Part shown: piece after piece, positions 1 through 9,795 of the stretch
Position numbering within the stretch: the first letter of the stretch is position 1
Layout: every line of letters starts with the position of its first letter
Assembly: GCA_902575395.1 (NCBI GenBank)
Contig: CACGRA010000001.1
Location: 96,512 to 160,511, forward strand
Length of the DNA: 64,000 bases
Source: an uncultured Fidelibacterota bacterium
Lineage (GTDB): Bacteria > Fidelibacterota > Marinisomatia > Marinisomatales > Marinisomataceae
Direction: 5' to 3'
Position numbers and translations under genes: made by a program
Notes under the pieces: model-generated
The model's database searches: none
Seen by the model: only the letters and a program-made list of their open reading frames with translations
What the model was told of the DNA's origin: nothing

Positions 1-222
1 AACGCTTTAGATGCTGAACATCCAAACGATGTTTATCATGGAACAGGTAACGTTGCTGAAGATGGCTGGTTAGCTACTGAAAGTGGGCAAGCATGGGTTG
101 CCAATAGATTAGCTGCTTATCCTGACGTAGACGCAGAATCACTTTACTATGATCTTCTTGGTACTCCAGGAAGATGGGGTGCTCCGCGTACAGTTAGAGT
201 AGGCTTAAATGTGAGCTTTTAA
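1..222 (+). CDS. C-terminal fragment (5' end cut by window edge) of an outer-membrane beta-barrel, TonB-dependent-receptor/SusC-like
   Basis: Frame 1 is open from nt 1 to TAA at 220-222. The translation ends ...GRWGAPRTVRVGLNVSF, an alternating-hydrophobic terminal strand ending in Phe, as in OM barrels. It lies 25 nt upstream of the next gene. Confidence 0.5.
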   Translation, partial: NALDAEHPNDVYHGTGNVAEDGWLATESGQAWVANRLAAYPDVDAESLYYDLLGTPGRWGAPRTVRVGLNVSF

Positions 223-247
223 TTAATAATAAGGTAAAGAGGTAAAT

Positions 248-3200
248 ATGAAATTATTAAAGAATATTACCGTTTTCAGTTTGATGGCTGCTTTGCTGAT
301 GATGTCTACTGCTGTTGAAGCAAGAGATAAGGTCGCAAACAGATCAGGAGGCGCATCAAACTATGTTGATTCCAGCGGTACATTCGATGGAAACCAGATA
401 TATGCCGACGTTACCAATAATGGTCTATTCTTGGATTACCACATTTCTGGTGATTCAGCGTTAGAGTGGCCAAAAGGTACGGGTGTACACTCTATCTTCC
501 AATCTGCACTATGGTTGGGAGCTACAGTGAACGGTGAAACTCGAGTATCCATTGGAGATTATACACAAGATATGGGTCCAGGTCCATGGGGTGGTGATCC
601 GCTAGCTGCGGTTCATCGAATCTACAAAGTAGAAAAAGGCATGTTAGCCTCTCCAGGAGACTTTGCTGACTTCCAAGAGTGGCCAATTGATTTTGGTGCA
701 CCTTGGGTAGACGTTGATGGTGATGGAGTTTATTCTCCACTACCAAACGGTCCTGACCATCCAGAGTTTGTTGGAGATCAGGTTCTATGGTTTGTCAGTA
801 ACGACGGAGACCCAGCTTATAAATTAAATATGGGAACATCACCATTGGACGTTGAAGTTCAAACTACTATGTTTGGTTTTGATAGACCAGACGTATTTGG
901 TGACATGGTCTTCCTAAAACAACTCGTAATTAACAGAGGTTCTAATACATTAGAAAACATGTATATGGGACTATGGTCTGACCCTGACTTAGGATATGCA
1001 GGTGATGACTTTGTTGGTTGTGACGTTCCTTTAGGTATGGGTTATGTTTGGAATGATGGAGATGATTCACAGTATTCAACACTAGATATTGGTACTCCTG
1101 CTGCAGGATATGACTTCTTCCAGGGACCAATGGTTGATTGTGATGATAGTGAAGACTGTTCTGAAGGTGCGAAGATGTTTGGTACTCGTCACCCAGGAAA
1201 GAAAAATCTTTCTATGTCATCTTTTGCATTCTACATCAACGGTGATGCGACATATACTGACCCTTCAGATGAAACTGAAGGATATTACTATATGCAAGGT
1301 TTAAGAAAAGACGGAAGTGCTTATCCAACAGAAATTGCTGGTGATCTTTATGACCAAAAATTCTGTTTCTATGGAGATCCAAATGTTGCACACGGTACAG
1401 CGAACCCGGTTGATGGTAACTATACACCATCAGCAGATAGACGTTTCTTAATGAACGTTGGTCCGTTTACTATGGCAGCTGGAGATTCACAAGAAGTGGT
1501 ATTTGGTATCTTCCACGCTGCAGGTGGTGGCGCGTTAGCTTCAGTAGATTATCTAAAAGAAGTTGATGCTCTAGCACAAACAGCATATGATATTGATTTT
1601 GCGTTACCTGATTCACCTCCTTCTCCTAGCGTTCAAGCAACTGCTATGGCAGACCAAATTATTTTGATTTGGGGAGAGGAACCAGAATCATATAATGTCA
1701 CAAGTGAAGTAGACGTTGATGAAGCGGGTAATCCTACAAACTTTGTGTTTGAAGGATACAATGTTTATCAATATGAAACAGGTAGTGGTGCTGGTAAAAC
1801 AAAACGACTAGCTACTTATGATGTTGTAAATGGTGTCACAGAAATCTATGATGACGTCTTTAATGCAGAGTTAGGTGAAACTATTAATATTAGAACTCAA
1901 TTTGGTTCTGATAGCGGGTTATCACACTATCACTCTATTGATGGAGACGGATTAGATAATAATTCAACACTTATTACAAATCGTGAATATCACTTTGCAG
2001 TAACCGCATACGGTTATAATGCTTATGGTATTCCAAAAACACTTGAAAGTAGTCCTCAATACTTATCTGTAAGACCAGAAGTACCAAACACATGGTCTAT
2101 GGGTGAAAATACAGCAGCTGTTGGTGACGTAGTCAGTGCAGCGCATGATGGTCCTTCTCAAGGTTCAGTGGATGTGGTAATAGTAAATCCAGCTGACCTT
2201 ACAGGAGACGATTATACGCTTACATTTGATGACGCAATGCCAGACGGCACTGTTGCTACAAACTGGACACTAACTAATAATAGTTCAGGTGCAGTTCTCG
2301 TTGCAAACAACCCTGTTGTTGGTGGTGTGAACACTGCTACTGGCCTAGAAGTTGGTCCAGGTGGAACCCCTGTAGTAGAAGGGATGCAAGTGTTAGTAAA
2401 CGGTCCACAAGAAGACTTACTATCAGTAAGTGAGTGGGATCACGGTTGGAAAGAAAATGGAGTTTTAAGAGACCCTGCGGTAGGTTATGTGCCGTGGGCT
2501 AGTTTAGGACGTACTGGCTATATTATTGAAAATAGAGCTGGTGTGCACTATGCTGCTCCTTACACTCGTGACCATGACCGTTTCAATTATTGGGAGTCAG
2601 ATGATGTTGAGCTTGACTTTAGCACTCCATCAATTGGATGGGACTACATTAGCGAAGCTGTTAATGGTTATGTTCCATTCTCAGCATTCAGACATAATTT
2701 TGCTACTGGAAACAAAGACGCAATCTATGCTGGATATTGGGATTATGATGGAAATGGTGATTTTGAAGACACCATTGGTGGCGGATACTGGGCAGGTCCA
2801 GTGTATGGCGCTAACGCATGGGAGCCAATCTACTGTTTTGTAGGGCACAGAACCCAACCATACGATCCAACTAAAGAAGCACAATATATTGCGGATAACA
2901 GCCTAACCGCATCAGGCGGTTGTGGATGGGCATATCCTTGTCAAAACGAAACTACAAGTGGAAAACAAATCACTTATCCATATATGACTGCTACTCTTTT
3001 CTGTGACTATTTAGGCTCAGGGGTATTACCTACTGCAGCTGGTCACGTAGCATGGGGTAGTGGATGGACAACAGGTAGTTCCGTTGTGTTCCAAATGAGT
3101 AAGCCAAATTCATCTGCAGATACTTTTACATGGAGTACAGATGGTCTTGGAGTCGCAATGAATAGTTACGACCCAGATCGTATTAGCGTATGGCCAAATC

Positions 3201-3493
3201 CATACTATGGGTATAACCCAGAAGAACGTGATGCATTAGACCGAAGAGTGATGTTTACCCACTTACCTGAAGAAGGTCCTGCAACAATACGTATCTTTGC
3301 TCTAGACGGTACTCTAGTAAGAACTATTCACCACAATGATGCTGGTAGTCAGCACGTAGCTTGGGATATGAAAAACAATTTCGAGCTTCCTGTTGCAAGT
3401 GGCATGTATGTGGCACATGTAGAGACTAACGCAGGAGATAAAATCCTGAAGTTAGCTGTAATTCAACCAGAACAACGTCTCGACGTTTATTAA
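248..3493 (+). CDS. Large secreted protein of unknown function with FN3-like middle region and T9SS type-A C-terminal sorting domain
   Basis: 1081-aa ORF with AAGAGG SD upstream and signal peptide MKLLKNITVFSLMAALLMMSTAVEA. The C-terminus VWPNPYYGYNPEE...ATIRIFALDGTLVRTIHH...VAWDMKNNFELPVASGMYVAHVETNAGDKILKLAVIQ matches the Por_Secre_tail/FlgD-Ig-like pattern. I recognised no catalytic motif. Confidence 0.75.
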   Translation: MKLLKNITVFSLMAALLMMSTAVEARDKVANRSGGASNYVDSSGTFDGNQIYADVTNNGLFLDYHISGDSALEWPKGTGVHSIFQSALWLGATVNGETRVSIGDYTQDMGPGPWGGDPLAAVHRIYKVEKGMLASPGDFADFQEWPIDFGAPWVDVDGDGVYSPLPNGPDHPEFVGDQVLWFVSNDGDPAYKLNMGTSPLDVEVQTTMFGFDRPDVFGDMVFLKQLVINRGSNTLENMYMGLWSDPDLGYAGDDFVGCDVPLGMGYVWNDGDDSQYSTLDIGTPAAGYDFFQGPMVDCDDSEDCSEGAKMFGTRHPGKKNLSMSSFAFYINGDATYTDPSDETEGYYYMQGLRKDGSAYPTEIAGDLYDQKFCFYGDPNVAHGTANPVDGNYTPSADRRFLMNVGPFTMAAGDSQEVVFGIFHAAGGGALASVDYLKEVDALAQTAYDIDFALPDSPPSPSVQATAMADQIILIWGEEPESYNVTSEVDVDEAGNPTNFVFEGYNVYQYETGSGAGKTKRLATYDVVNGVTEIYDDVFNAELGETINIRTQFGSDSGLSHYHSIDGDGLDNNSTLITNREYHFAVTAYGYNAYGIPKTLESSPQYLSVRPEVPNTWSMGENTAAVGDVVSAAHDGPSQGSVDVVIVNPADLTGDDYTLTFDDAMPDGTVATNWTLTNNSSGAVLVANNPVVGGVNTATGLEVGPGGTPVVEGMQVLVNGPQEDLLSVSEWDHGWKENGVLRDPAVGYVPWASLGRTGYIIENRAGVHYAAPYTRDHDRFNYWESDDVELDFSTPSIGWDYISEAVNGYVPFSAFRHNFATGNKDAIYAGYWDYDGNGDFEDTIGGGYWAGPVYGANAWEPIYCFVGHRTQPYDPTKEAQYIADNSLTASGGCGWAYPCQNETTSGKQITYPYMTATLFCDYLGSGVLPTAAGHVAWGSGWTTGSSVVFQMSKPNSSADTFTWSTDGLGVAMNSYDPDRISVWPNPYYGYNPEERDALDRRVMFTHLPEEGPATIRIFALDGTLVRTIHHNDAGSQHVAWDMKNNFELPVASGMYVAHVETNAGDKILKLAVIQPEQRLDVY

Positions 3494-3511
3494 GGAAAGG
3501 GAGTAGAGAAA

Positions 3512-4561
3512 ATGAAAAATACATTTAAAATATTCCTTGGATGCGCAGTATTAGTTTCGTCGCTAACTGCCGGCACCGTAAGATCAGCAGGAACTGCTGG
3601 TGCTGCTCAGTTGCTAATTCCGGTCGGGGCTGAAACTATTGCTCTTAGTGGAGCAAATGTAGGTACAGTGGCTGGTGTAGATGCGTTACATTCTAACGTA
3701 GCTGGACTAGCACATTGGTCCTCTGGTTTTCAAGGAACTGTTTCAACCATGTCATATATTGCTGACATTGATGTCACATATGCTGGTATGGTTGTAAGTA
3801 TGGGAGAAAGTGGAACATTTGGTATGACAATCAAAGCATTAGACTTTGGTGAAATTCCAAAAACCACTGCTTTTGCACCTGAGGGTGATGGGCAGACTTT
3901 CTCTCCTAGCTTCTTCACTGCATCAGCAGGATTTGCGAGAGCATTTTCTGATCGTGTTAATGTTGGTGCTGCTGTAAAGGTTATTTCAGAAACAATTGAA
4001 GAAACCTCAGCAACAGGAATTGCATTGGACGTAGGTGTTCAATACAGATTCCCAACACAACCATTAACATTTGGTGTAACAATGAAGAATGTAGGTAGCA
4101 GAATGCATTATGATGGTATTAACCTAGACCAGGATCTTCAACCTGAAGGTTCTGCTTCTGGTTCATCTAATGAATCATTCAGAATTGTAGCAGATAATTT
4201 TGCACTTCCAACTAGCTTGGATATATCTGCAACATATGGCCTACTAGACAACTTAGATGTTAGTGCGAACTTCACTAACCATTCATATCAATCTAATACA
4301 CTAGGCATTGGAGCTAAATATACTTTAGGTTCAGCATGGATTGGCGCAGGAACTATTATGGTTCTTGGTGACGACGAACAACCAGCTGGTGTTAATGATG
4401 CTGATTGGGAAGAATGGAGTGGAACTAATTGGGGTGGATCACTAGGTGCAGGCGTTACTGTTCCTGTAGGTGATTACGATATGCATATTTCATATGCTAT
4501 GAGAACTGCCAATGAGTTCTTTGATGATCACACCACATTACAAGTGTCTTTAGATTTTTAA
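3512..4561 (+). CDS. PorV/PorQ-family (FadL-like) outer-membrane beta-barrel
   Basis: 349-aa ORF starting 18 nt after the cargo gene, with GGGAG SD and a signal peptide. The N-terminal motif GTAGAAQLLIPVGAETIALSGANVG...DALHSNVAGLAH resembles the PorV/PorQ signature. It has beta-strand-like alternation and a terminal ...LQVSLDF. Confidence 0.65.
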   Translation: MKNTFKIFLGCAVLVSSLTAGTVRSAGTAGAAQLLIPVGAETIALSGANVGTVAGVDALHSNVAGLAHWSSGFQGTVSTMSYIADIDVTYAGMVVSMGESGTFGMTIKALDFGEIPKTTAFAPEGDGQTFSPSFFTASAGFARAFSDRVNVGAAVKVISETIEETSATGIALDVGVQYRFPTQPLTFGVTMKNVGSRMHYDGINLDQDLQPEGSASGSSNESFRIVADNFALPTSLDISATYGLLDNLDVSANFTNHSYQSNTLGIGAKYTLGSAWIGAGTIMVLGDDEQPAGVNDADWEEWSGTNWGGSLGAGVTVPVGDYDMHISYAMRTANEFFDDHTTLQVSLDF

Positions 4562-4583
4562 ACAGTTCTAGTTTAAGATTCTG

Positions 4584-4617
4584 AAAAAAGGGGCTCTGAA
4601 AAGAGCCCCTTTTATTT
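4584..4617. terminator. Bidirectional rho-independent terminator between convergent genes
   Basis: Perfect 9-bp stem AGGGGCTCT/AGAGCCCCT (4589-4597 / 4602-4610) with GAAA loop. It is flanked by an A-tract upstream and TTTATTTATT downstream. Confidence 0.8.
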
Positions 4618-5332
4618 ATTCAAACAATAAATCGATATTTTCTTTTAATAGCTCTGGCGGAATATTTTGTCCCAAAAAATACTTACCGCTCGCATCTTCA
4701 AAATATAATTCCCAATGTAAGTGTGCCCCTTTTTCATTTCTTAGGGCCCCACCAGAGGTTCCAGTATTTCCTGAAAAACCAATTAACTGTCCTCTCTCCA
4801 CCTTTGTTCCTGGAAGAATGCCATCAGCAATGCTTGATAGGTGCGCATAAACACTAATAGTTCTAAAGTTAGGAGCAATACTATATCCATGATCAATTAC
4901 AATTGATTTTCCTAATAGGATATAGTTGTATATATCTTCTGGGGTTTTAGATAGTTGCTGTGTTGTTTCCAAAAACGCGTTATACGTGTCGATATCCACA
5001 TCGCTATGTGTTGGGTTGCTACGCACTATAATACCCTCAGAAACGGCCATAATAGGCCCATTTAAGGGTATTGCGAAGTCTATTCCTTGGTGTGAACCTG
5101 ATCTATACTCTCTTAACGCATTTGGAAGCAAATTAAGGTATTCAGGCACCGGATAATCTTTTGATGGCAGTTGTATGGTTTGCAACAGCTCGCTTGCATG
5201 CAGATTGGTTTTTTCATCGATATAAAACAAATATTCATTTTTTGGAGTTAATTCTGCATTAATAGATGATGTTGGCACAGCACACCCGACTAAAAGAAAA
5301 ATTATTAAAAAATATGAAATGTTTTTATACAT
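4616..5332 (-). CDS. M23-family metallopeptidase lipoprotein (murein endopeptidase-like)
   Basis: Lipoprotein signal MYKNISYFLIIFLLVGC. HxxxD motif in SHQGIDFAIP and HxH motif in GAHLHWELY. GNTGTSGG segment typical of Peptidase_M23. Confidence 0.8.
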   Translation of the reverse strand: MYKNISYFLIIFLLVGCAVPTSSINAELTPKNEYLFYIDEKTNLHASELLQTIQLPSKDYPVPEYLNLLPNALREYRSGSHQGIDFAIPLNGPIMAVSEGIIVRSNPTHSDVDIDTYNAFLETTQQLSKTPEDIYNYILLGKSIVIDHGYSIAPNFRTISVYAHLSSIADGILPGTKVERGQLIGFSGNTGTSGGALRNEKGAHLHWELYFEDASGKYFLGQNIPPELLKENIDLLFE

Positions 5333-5855
5333 GTTCTGTTATGATATATTCTAAACCTTTATAGTTTATACTAATTTTAACAATATTATTACCTTCTTTG
5401 CTAACCCAAACTTTTATTACTGAACTTTCCAGGAAGACCGTATTTAATATTTCCATTTCTTTGTCCGGAATATCCTCTAATCGTTTTATATCTAATCTAT
5501 ATAACGTAACCTCTTTTTTGTTTACAACCTCATCCCCTGCTTTTAAAAACCTTATTTGACAAGGGAAGCCTTTTGTTAGTGTAGCATCTTTTTTCCACAC
5601 AGCATCATCAATGTTAATAGACTTATTTGACAAGAGAGAAAGAACTAAGCTGTTTTCATTAAAATCTTCTTTCTTGTATTTTAGTGGTTCAAAAAACATT
5701 TCCCCTGCCTTTGTAGGAGAAATCACTATTTTTTCTCCCATAGTTATTTTACAAAAATCGATTTTTCCGTATAGCGACACTTCATAGCTTGACTGTGCAC
5801 ACAACACAGCGCTTAAGAAGAACAATGCAAAGATAGTGTTTTTATAATTATTCAA
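5325..5855 (-). CDS. Hypothetical secreted protein
   Basis: 176-aa ORF with signal peptide MNNYKNTIFALFFLSAVLCAQS. It overlaps the downstream M23 peptidase gene by 8 nt and starts 3 nt after the mgtE stop. No family recognised. Confidence 0.55.
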   Translation of the reverse strand: MNNYKNTIFALFFLSAVLCAQSSYEVSLYGKIDFCKITMGEKIVISPTKAGEMFFEPLKYKKEDFNENSLVLSLLSNKSINIDDAVWKKDATLTKGFPCQIRFLKAGDEVVNKKEVTLYRLDIKRLEDIPDKEMEILNTVFLESSVIKVWVSKEGNNIVKISINYKGLEYIITEHV

Positions 5856-5858
5856 AGA

Positions 5859-7226
5859 TTAAATCAATATTTGAGATGCGATTAAAAAATATAACGCTAC
5901 GCCTAGAATATCAATAGCGGTTGTTACAAAAGGGCCGGTAGAAATTGCAGGATCAAAGTCTAATTTTTTTAATAGCAATGGCACACTTGCTCCTACAGCT
6001 GTTGCAATAGTCATAGATGCACCAATGCTTAACCCAATAACTAATCCAAGGTTTGGTAAGGTGTTCCCCGTAATTAATTCAGAACAAAAACCAATTAAAG
6101 CTCCATAAAGAGCTCCCAATATAACCCCCACAATAATTTCTTTTATAATTAGCGCAAAAGAATTATCAACATCAACTCTGCCTGTAGCAATCCCACGTAC
6201 AACAATTGTAGATGACTGAGTACCAATATTCCCTCCAACACCAATAATAACAGGTATAAATGCTGCCAACACAATCATTTCTTGTAAAAGCGAATCAAAA
6301 TATCCAATAATTGCAGCAGCGCAAACTCCACCAATTAAGCTAGCAAAAATCCAAGGAGCCCTTGATTGTGCATTCCCTACAGGCGATTTTAATAAAATCT
6401 CCCTATCTTTACCGACCCCTGCCATTTGTAAAAAATCTTCAGATGCTTCTTGACGAATGATATCTACAATGTCATCGATAGTCACAATACCAAGAAATCG
6501 ATTCTGTTTATTTACAACTGGCAATGCAAGATAATTATATTGCGCAACAATTTTTGCAACCTCTTCCTGGTCCGTATCAGATGTAACAGCATGGATATCT
6601 CTAATCATAATTTCACGCAATTTTTTAGTACTTTTTGATGTTACAAGATTTCTTAGAGAAATTACTCCAACCAATTTTTCTTTATTGTCTACTACATAAA
6701 CATAAAACACCCTTTCATTGTCAGGGTATGATTGTAATTCTGTAATCGCTTTTTTTACCGTTAAGCTTTGGTTTAACATGAATGTTTCTTTTGTCATCAC
6801 ACTACCGGCACTATCATCTGCATAAGACATAATTTCTTCAACATCTTCTAGGTCCTCTGCTTCCAGTTTTTCTAAAATTATATCTTGTGTTTCTTTTGGA
6901 AGCATGCCAATAATCATTGCTTGATCATTTGTCCCAAGATGTCTAAAAATTTTTGATATATTGGTAATATTTTCTTCAGATAAAAGATTTTGAATTAATG
7001 ACTCATCTAATTCTTCTAGAATTGCTGCTTTATAGGCAAATGTAGGAGAAAGTTTGAATAGATTTTTTTGATTCTCGATATTTAAACCCCTCATAATCAT
7101 CGCAATATCCGCCGGATGTGTTTTACGTATAATTTTAGTTAGATTTGCATTAGCTTTCCTTCTTAGAAGGCGCTCTATTGTTGTTTTTAATAACGAAATT
7201 TCTGTTGAAAAGATTGCTTTTTTCAT
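5859..7226 (-). CDS. mgtE: Magnesium transporter MgtE
   Basis: 455 aa with MgtE N-domain, CBS pair (LVGVISLRNLV..., FLGIVTIDDIVDIIRQEASEDFLQMAGV) and a C-terminal 5-TM domain. Confidence 0.9.
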   Translation of the reverse strand: MKKAIFSTEISLLKTTIERLLRRKANANLTKIIRKTHPADIAMIMRGLNIENQKNLFKLSPTFAYKAAILEELDESLIQNLLSEENITNISKIFRHLGTNDQAMIIGMLPKETQDIILEKLEAEDLEDVEEIMSYADDSAGSVMTKETFMLNQSLTVKKAITELQSYPDNERVFYVYVVDNKEKLVGVISLRNLVTSKSTKKLREIMIRDIHAVTSDTDQEEVAKIVAQYNYLALPVVNKQNRFLGIVTIDDIVDIIRQEASEDFLQMAGVGKDREILLKSPVGNAQSRAPWIFASLIGGVCAAAIIGYFDSLLQEMIVLAAFIPVIIGVGGNIGTQSSTIVVRGIATGRVDVDNSFALIIKEIIVGVILGALYGALIGFCSELITGNTLPNLGLVIGLSIGASMTIATAVGASVPLLLKKLDFDPAISTGPFVTTAIDILGVALYFLIASQILI

Positions 7227-7282
7227 TGTATTGGATTTTCAATAAATTAACTCTACTTTATAACAAATTAAAGATTAAGTAA

Positions 7283-8743
7283 ATGGCTAAAATAACAAAA
7301 CAATCAGAAGACTTCTCAAAATGGTATACCGATACAATTTTAAATGCTGATTTAGCTGACTATGGGCCCGTAAAAGGAACTATGGTGGTTAAGCCATATG
7401 GTTTTTCTTTATGGTCGAATGTAAAAAAAGCACTCAATACAATGATTGAAGATTCCGGGCATGAAAATGCCTACTTCCCTCTTTTTATTCCAAAAAGTTT
7501 TTTTGAAAAAGAAGCAAAACATGTTGAAGGTTTTGCTAAAGAATGTGCTGTTGTCACCCATTCAAAATTAATTGCTGAAAATGACGGTCTTTCCGTAGAC
7601 CCAGATTCTAAACTAGAAGAAGAAATTATTGTTCGACCAACGTCAGAAACCATTATTTGGTCGATGTTTAAAAAATGGATTACTTCTTATCGCGATTTAC
7701 CGGTAATGATTAATCAGTGGGCTAATGTTGTGCGCTGGGAAATGAGAACCAGGCTGTTTTTAAGAACATCTGAGTTTTTATGGCAAGAAGGGCATACTGC
7801 ACACGCTACCAAAGAAGAAGCCATGGAAGAAACATTAAAAATTGTTGAAATCTATAAATCATTATTTGAAGATCATCTTGCAATTCCAACATTAATCGGT
7901 AAAAAGTCTGATTCAGAAAAATTTGCAGGTGCAGAAGAGACATTTTCAATAGAAACAATGATGCAAGATAAAAAAGCGCTTCAAGCAGGAACATCACATT
8001 ATTTAGGCACCAATTTCGGTAATGCTTTTGATGTTACTTTTCAAAGCAAAGACAATAAAGAACAACCTGTTTATGCTACTAGTTGGGGGGTTAGTACCCG
8101 CGTGATTGGAGCATTAATTATGGTGCACGGAGATGATAAGGGTTTAAAAATCCCTCCTAAGGTTGCTCCTCAGCAGGTCATTATTGTTCCTATTAACCCA
8201 AAAAATGAAGATGAAAAAGAATTCAATTCTTTTATAAATCAAGTTGCTAACGCTTTAAACCAAAAAAATATTAGATGTAAAGTGGACAGCTCTGACAACA
8301 CACCTGGATTCAAATTTAATTTTTGGGAATTAAGAGGAGCTCCAATTAGAGTTGAAATTGGTCTACAAGAATATAAAGACCAAAAATTAACAGTGTGTAG
8401 AAGAGATACAGGCGAAAAAACTTCCATAGAGCACAACGATATAGACGGTATTCAAGATATTTTAGATGATATTCAAAACAGCATGTATAGTTCTGCAGCT
8501 TCATTCCTAAAGGAAAACACTATAGAGTTGGATAGCTACAAAGATTTGCAAGAAAAACTATCAGAAGACAATTATTTTATCAAAGCATATTGGGATGGCT
8601 CTGAAGATTCAGAAATGAAAGTTAAGGAAGATACAAAAGCCACGATTCGATGTATTTTAGAAGACATAGATGACACGAAAGCTAAATGTATTGTTTCTGG
8701 TGGGCCAGCCAAGCATCTTGTTATTTTTGCAAAAGCATATTAA
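7283..8743 (+). CDS. proS: Prolyl-tRNA synthetase (archaeal/eukaryote-like short form)
   Basis: 486 aa. The N-terminus MAKITKQSEDFSKWYTDTILNADLADYGPVKGTMVVKPYGFSLW and class II motifs (FLRTSEFLWQEGHTAH, GTSHYLGTNF) are typical of ProRS. Confidence 0.9.
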   Translation: MAKITKQSEDFSKWYTDTILNADLADYGPVKGTMVVKPYGFSLWSNVKKALNTMIEDSGHENAYFPLFIPKSFFEKEAKHVEGFAKECAVVTHSKLIAENDGLSVDPDSKLEEEIIVRPTSETIIWSMFKKWITSYRDLPVMINQWANVVRWEMRTRLFLRTSEFLWQEGHTAHATKEEAMEETLKIVEIYKSLFEDHLAIPTLIGKKSDSEKFAGAEETFSIETMMQDKKALQAGTSHYLGTNFGNAFDVTFQSKDNKEQPVYATSWGVSTRVIGALIMVHGDDKGLKIPPKVAPQQVIIVPINPKNEDEKEFNSFINQVANALNQKNIRCKVDSSDNTPGFKFNFWELRGAPIRVEIGLQEYKDQKLTVCRRDTGEKTSIEHNDIDGIQDILDDIQNSMYSSAASFLKENTIELDSYKDLQEKLSEDNYFIKAYWDGSEDSEMKVKEDTKATIRCILEDIDDTKAKCIVSGGPAKHLVIFAKAY

Positions 8744-8748
8744 TTACT

Positions 8749-9795
8749 ATGAAAAATCTATTATCCTATTCTTTGTTAATTTGTGTATTATATCTTCTGT
8801 TGTGGCCTGTCCCTATTAATCCAGTCGCTTGGGAATCTCCTAAACCTCCATCAATGACAGGTGTATATGCAAAAAATGATTATTTGAAAAATATAGAGAT
8901 TTTTTGGGAAAACGATGGACATTATGGCCCAGAAGATATAGCAATTTATGATGGTAATTTATATGCTGGATATCATGATGGACTTATTATGAGCTCTGTT
9001 GGTGAGTTTTATCATACGAATGGTCGACCTCTTGGGATGGTATTTGATGCCGACAATAATCTAATCGTTGCAGATGCGATTCAAGGATTAATCTCTATTG
9101 ATCAAAGAGGTGTTGCCACCACTCTTGCGGTAAAATCTGATTCAGATAATATTCCGCTAGGATTTACAGATGATTTGGATATTGCAAGTGATGGAAAAAT
9201 TTATTTTTCTGATGCTTCAGATAAATTTGGATATGGAGAAGATAGAATTGAAGTAATGGAACATACTCCAAATGGAAGACTTTTAGTTTATGATCCAAAA
9301 ACGAAGACTACAACGACATTGCTTGATAATTTATATTTTGCAAATGGAGTTGCTGTCAGTCCTGACGACTCTTTTGTTTTATTTAATGAAACATTTATGT
9401 ATCGAATACAAAAGTATTGGCTTAAAGGAGAAAAGGCAGGCACTTCAGAAATTGTTATTGATAACTTACCTGGTTTTCCAGACAATATTTCTTCCAATGG
9501 TAAAGGCACCTATTGGGTTGCGCTTTTTACAGTTAGAAATGACTTTATTGACCAAACAGCAGATAAGCCTTTTATTAGAAAGCTGGCTTTGCGGTTACCA
9601 GAATTTTTACAACCCCAGCCAGAGCCTTATGCATTTGCTTTAGGAATTGATGGAAATGGAAATATTTTACACAACCTTCAATATGGTGCAAGTGATGCCT
9701 ATTCACCAATAACAAGCGTTAAACAATATGGTGACGAGCTATATTTTGGGAGCCTTACCCATAAAGGTTGGGGTAAAATAAAAGCGCCAGAATGA
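8749..9795 (+). CDS. Strictosidine synthase-like / SMP-30-type beta-propeller protein, membrane anchored
   Basis: Start moved to ATG 8749 (MKNLLSYSLLICVLYLLLWP) to avoid overlap with proS. Motifs GPEDIAIYDGNLY, GRPLGMVFDADNNLIVADA, DDLDIASDGKIYFSDAS and NGRLLVYDPKTKTTTTLLDNLYFANGVAVSPD match the strictosidine-synthase/APMAP family. Confidence 0.7.
   Translation: MKNLLSYSLLICVLYLLLWPVPINPVAWESPKPPSMTGVYAKNDYLKNIEIFWENDGHYGPEDIAIYDGNLYAGYHDGLIMSSVGEFYHTNGRPLGMVFDADNNLIVADAIQGLISIDQRGVATTLAVKSDSDNIPLGFTDDLDIASDGKIYFSDASDKFGYGEDRIEVMEHTPNGRLLVYDPKTKTTTTLLDNLYFANGVAVSPDDSFVLFNETFMYRIQKYWLKGEKAGTSEIVIDNLPGFPDNISSNGKGTYWVALFTVRNDFIDQTADKPFIRKLALRLPEFLQPQPEPYAFALGIDGNGNILHNLQYGASDAYSPITSVKQYGDELYFGSLTHKGWGKIKAPE

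Noticed and set aside
522-3918. Short antisense or out-of-frame ORFs from the six-frame track inside the T9SS cargo and PorV-like genes (522-746, 942-1130, 1089-1304, 1236-1430, 2526-2843, 2681-2884, 3730-3918). Similar 60-120-aa ORFs are nested in almost every long gene, for example 9290-9643, 13378-13701, 34415-34723, 39747-40025, 40597-40968 and 55521-55808.
   Set aside because: Each lies wholly within a much longer ORF that has coherent family motifs. They have low-complexity or odd composition and no SD or signal features. They are the chance ORFs expected in this kind of sequence.
7227-7282. M-box (Mg2+) riboswitch upstream of mgtE, and T-box leaders upstream of proS, argS, glyQS and hisS.
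   Set aside because: The intergenic spaces (56 nt or less, or direct overlap with upstream genes) are far too short for these 150-250-nt elements.
8686-8748. N-terminal extension of the strictosidine-synthase-like ORF (MYCFWWASQASCYFCKSILIT).
   Set aside because: It overlaps the last 58 nt of proS. The internal ATG at 8749 gives a normal hydrophobic signal/anchor.
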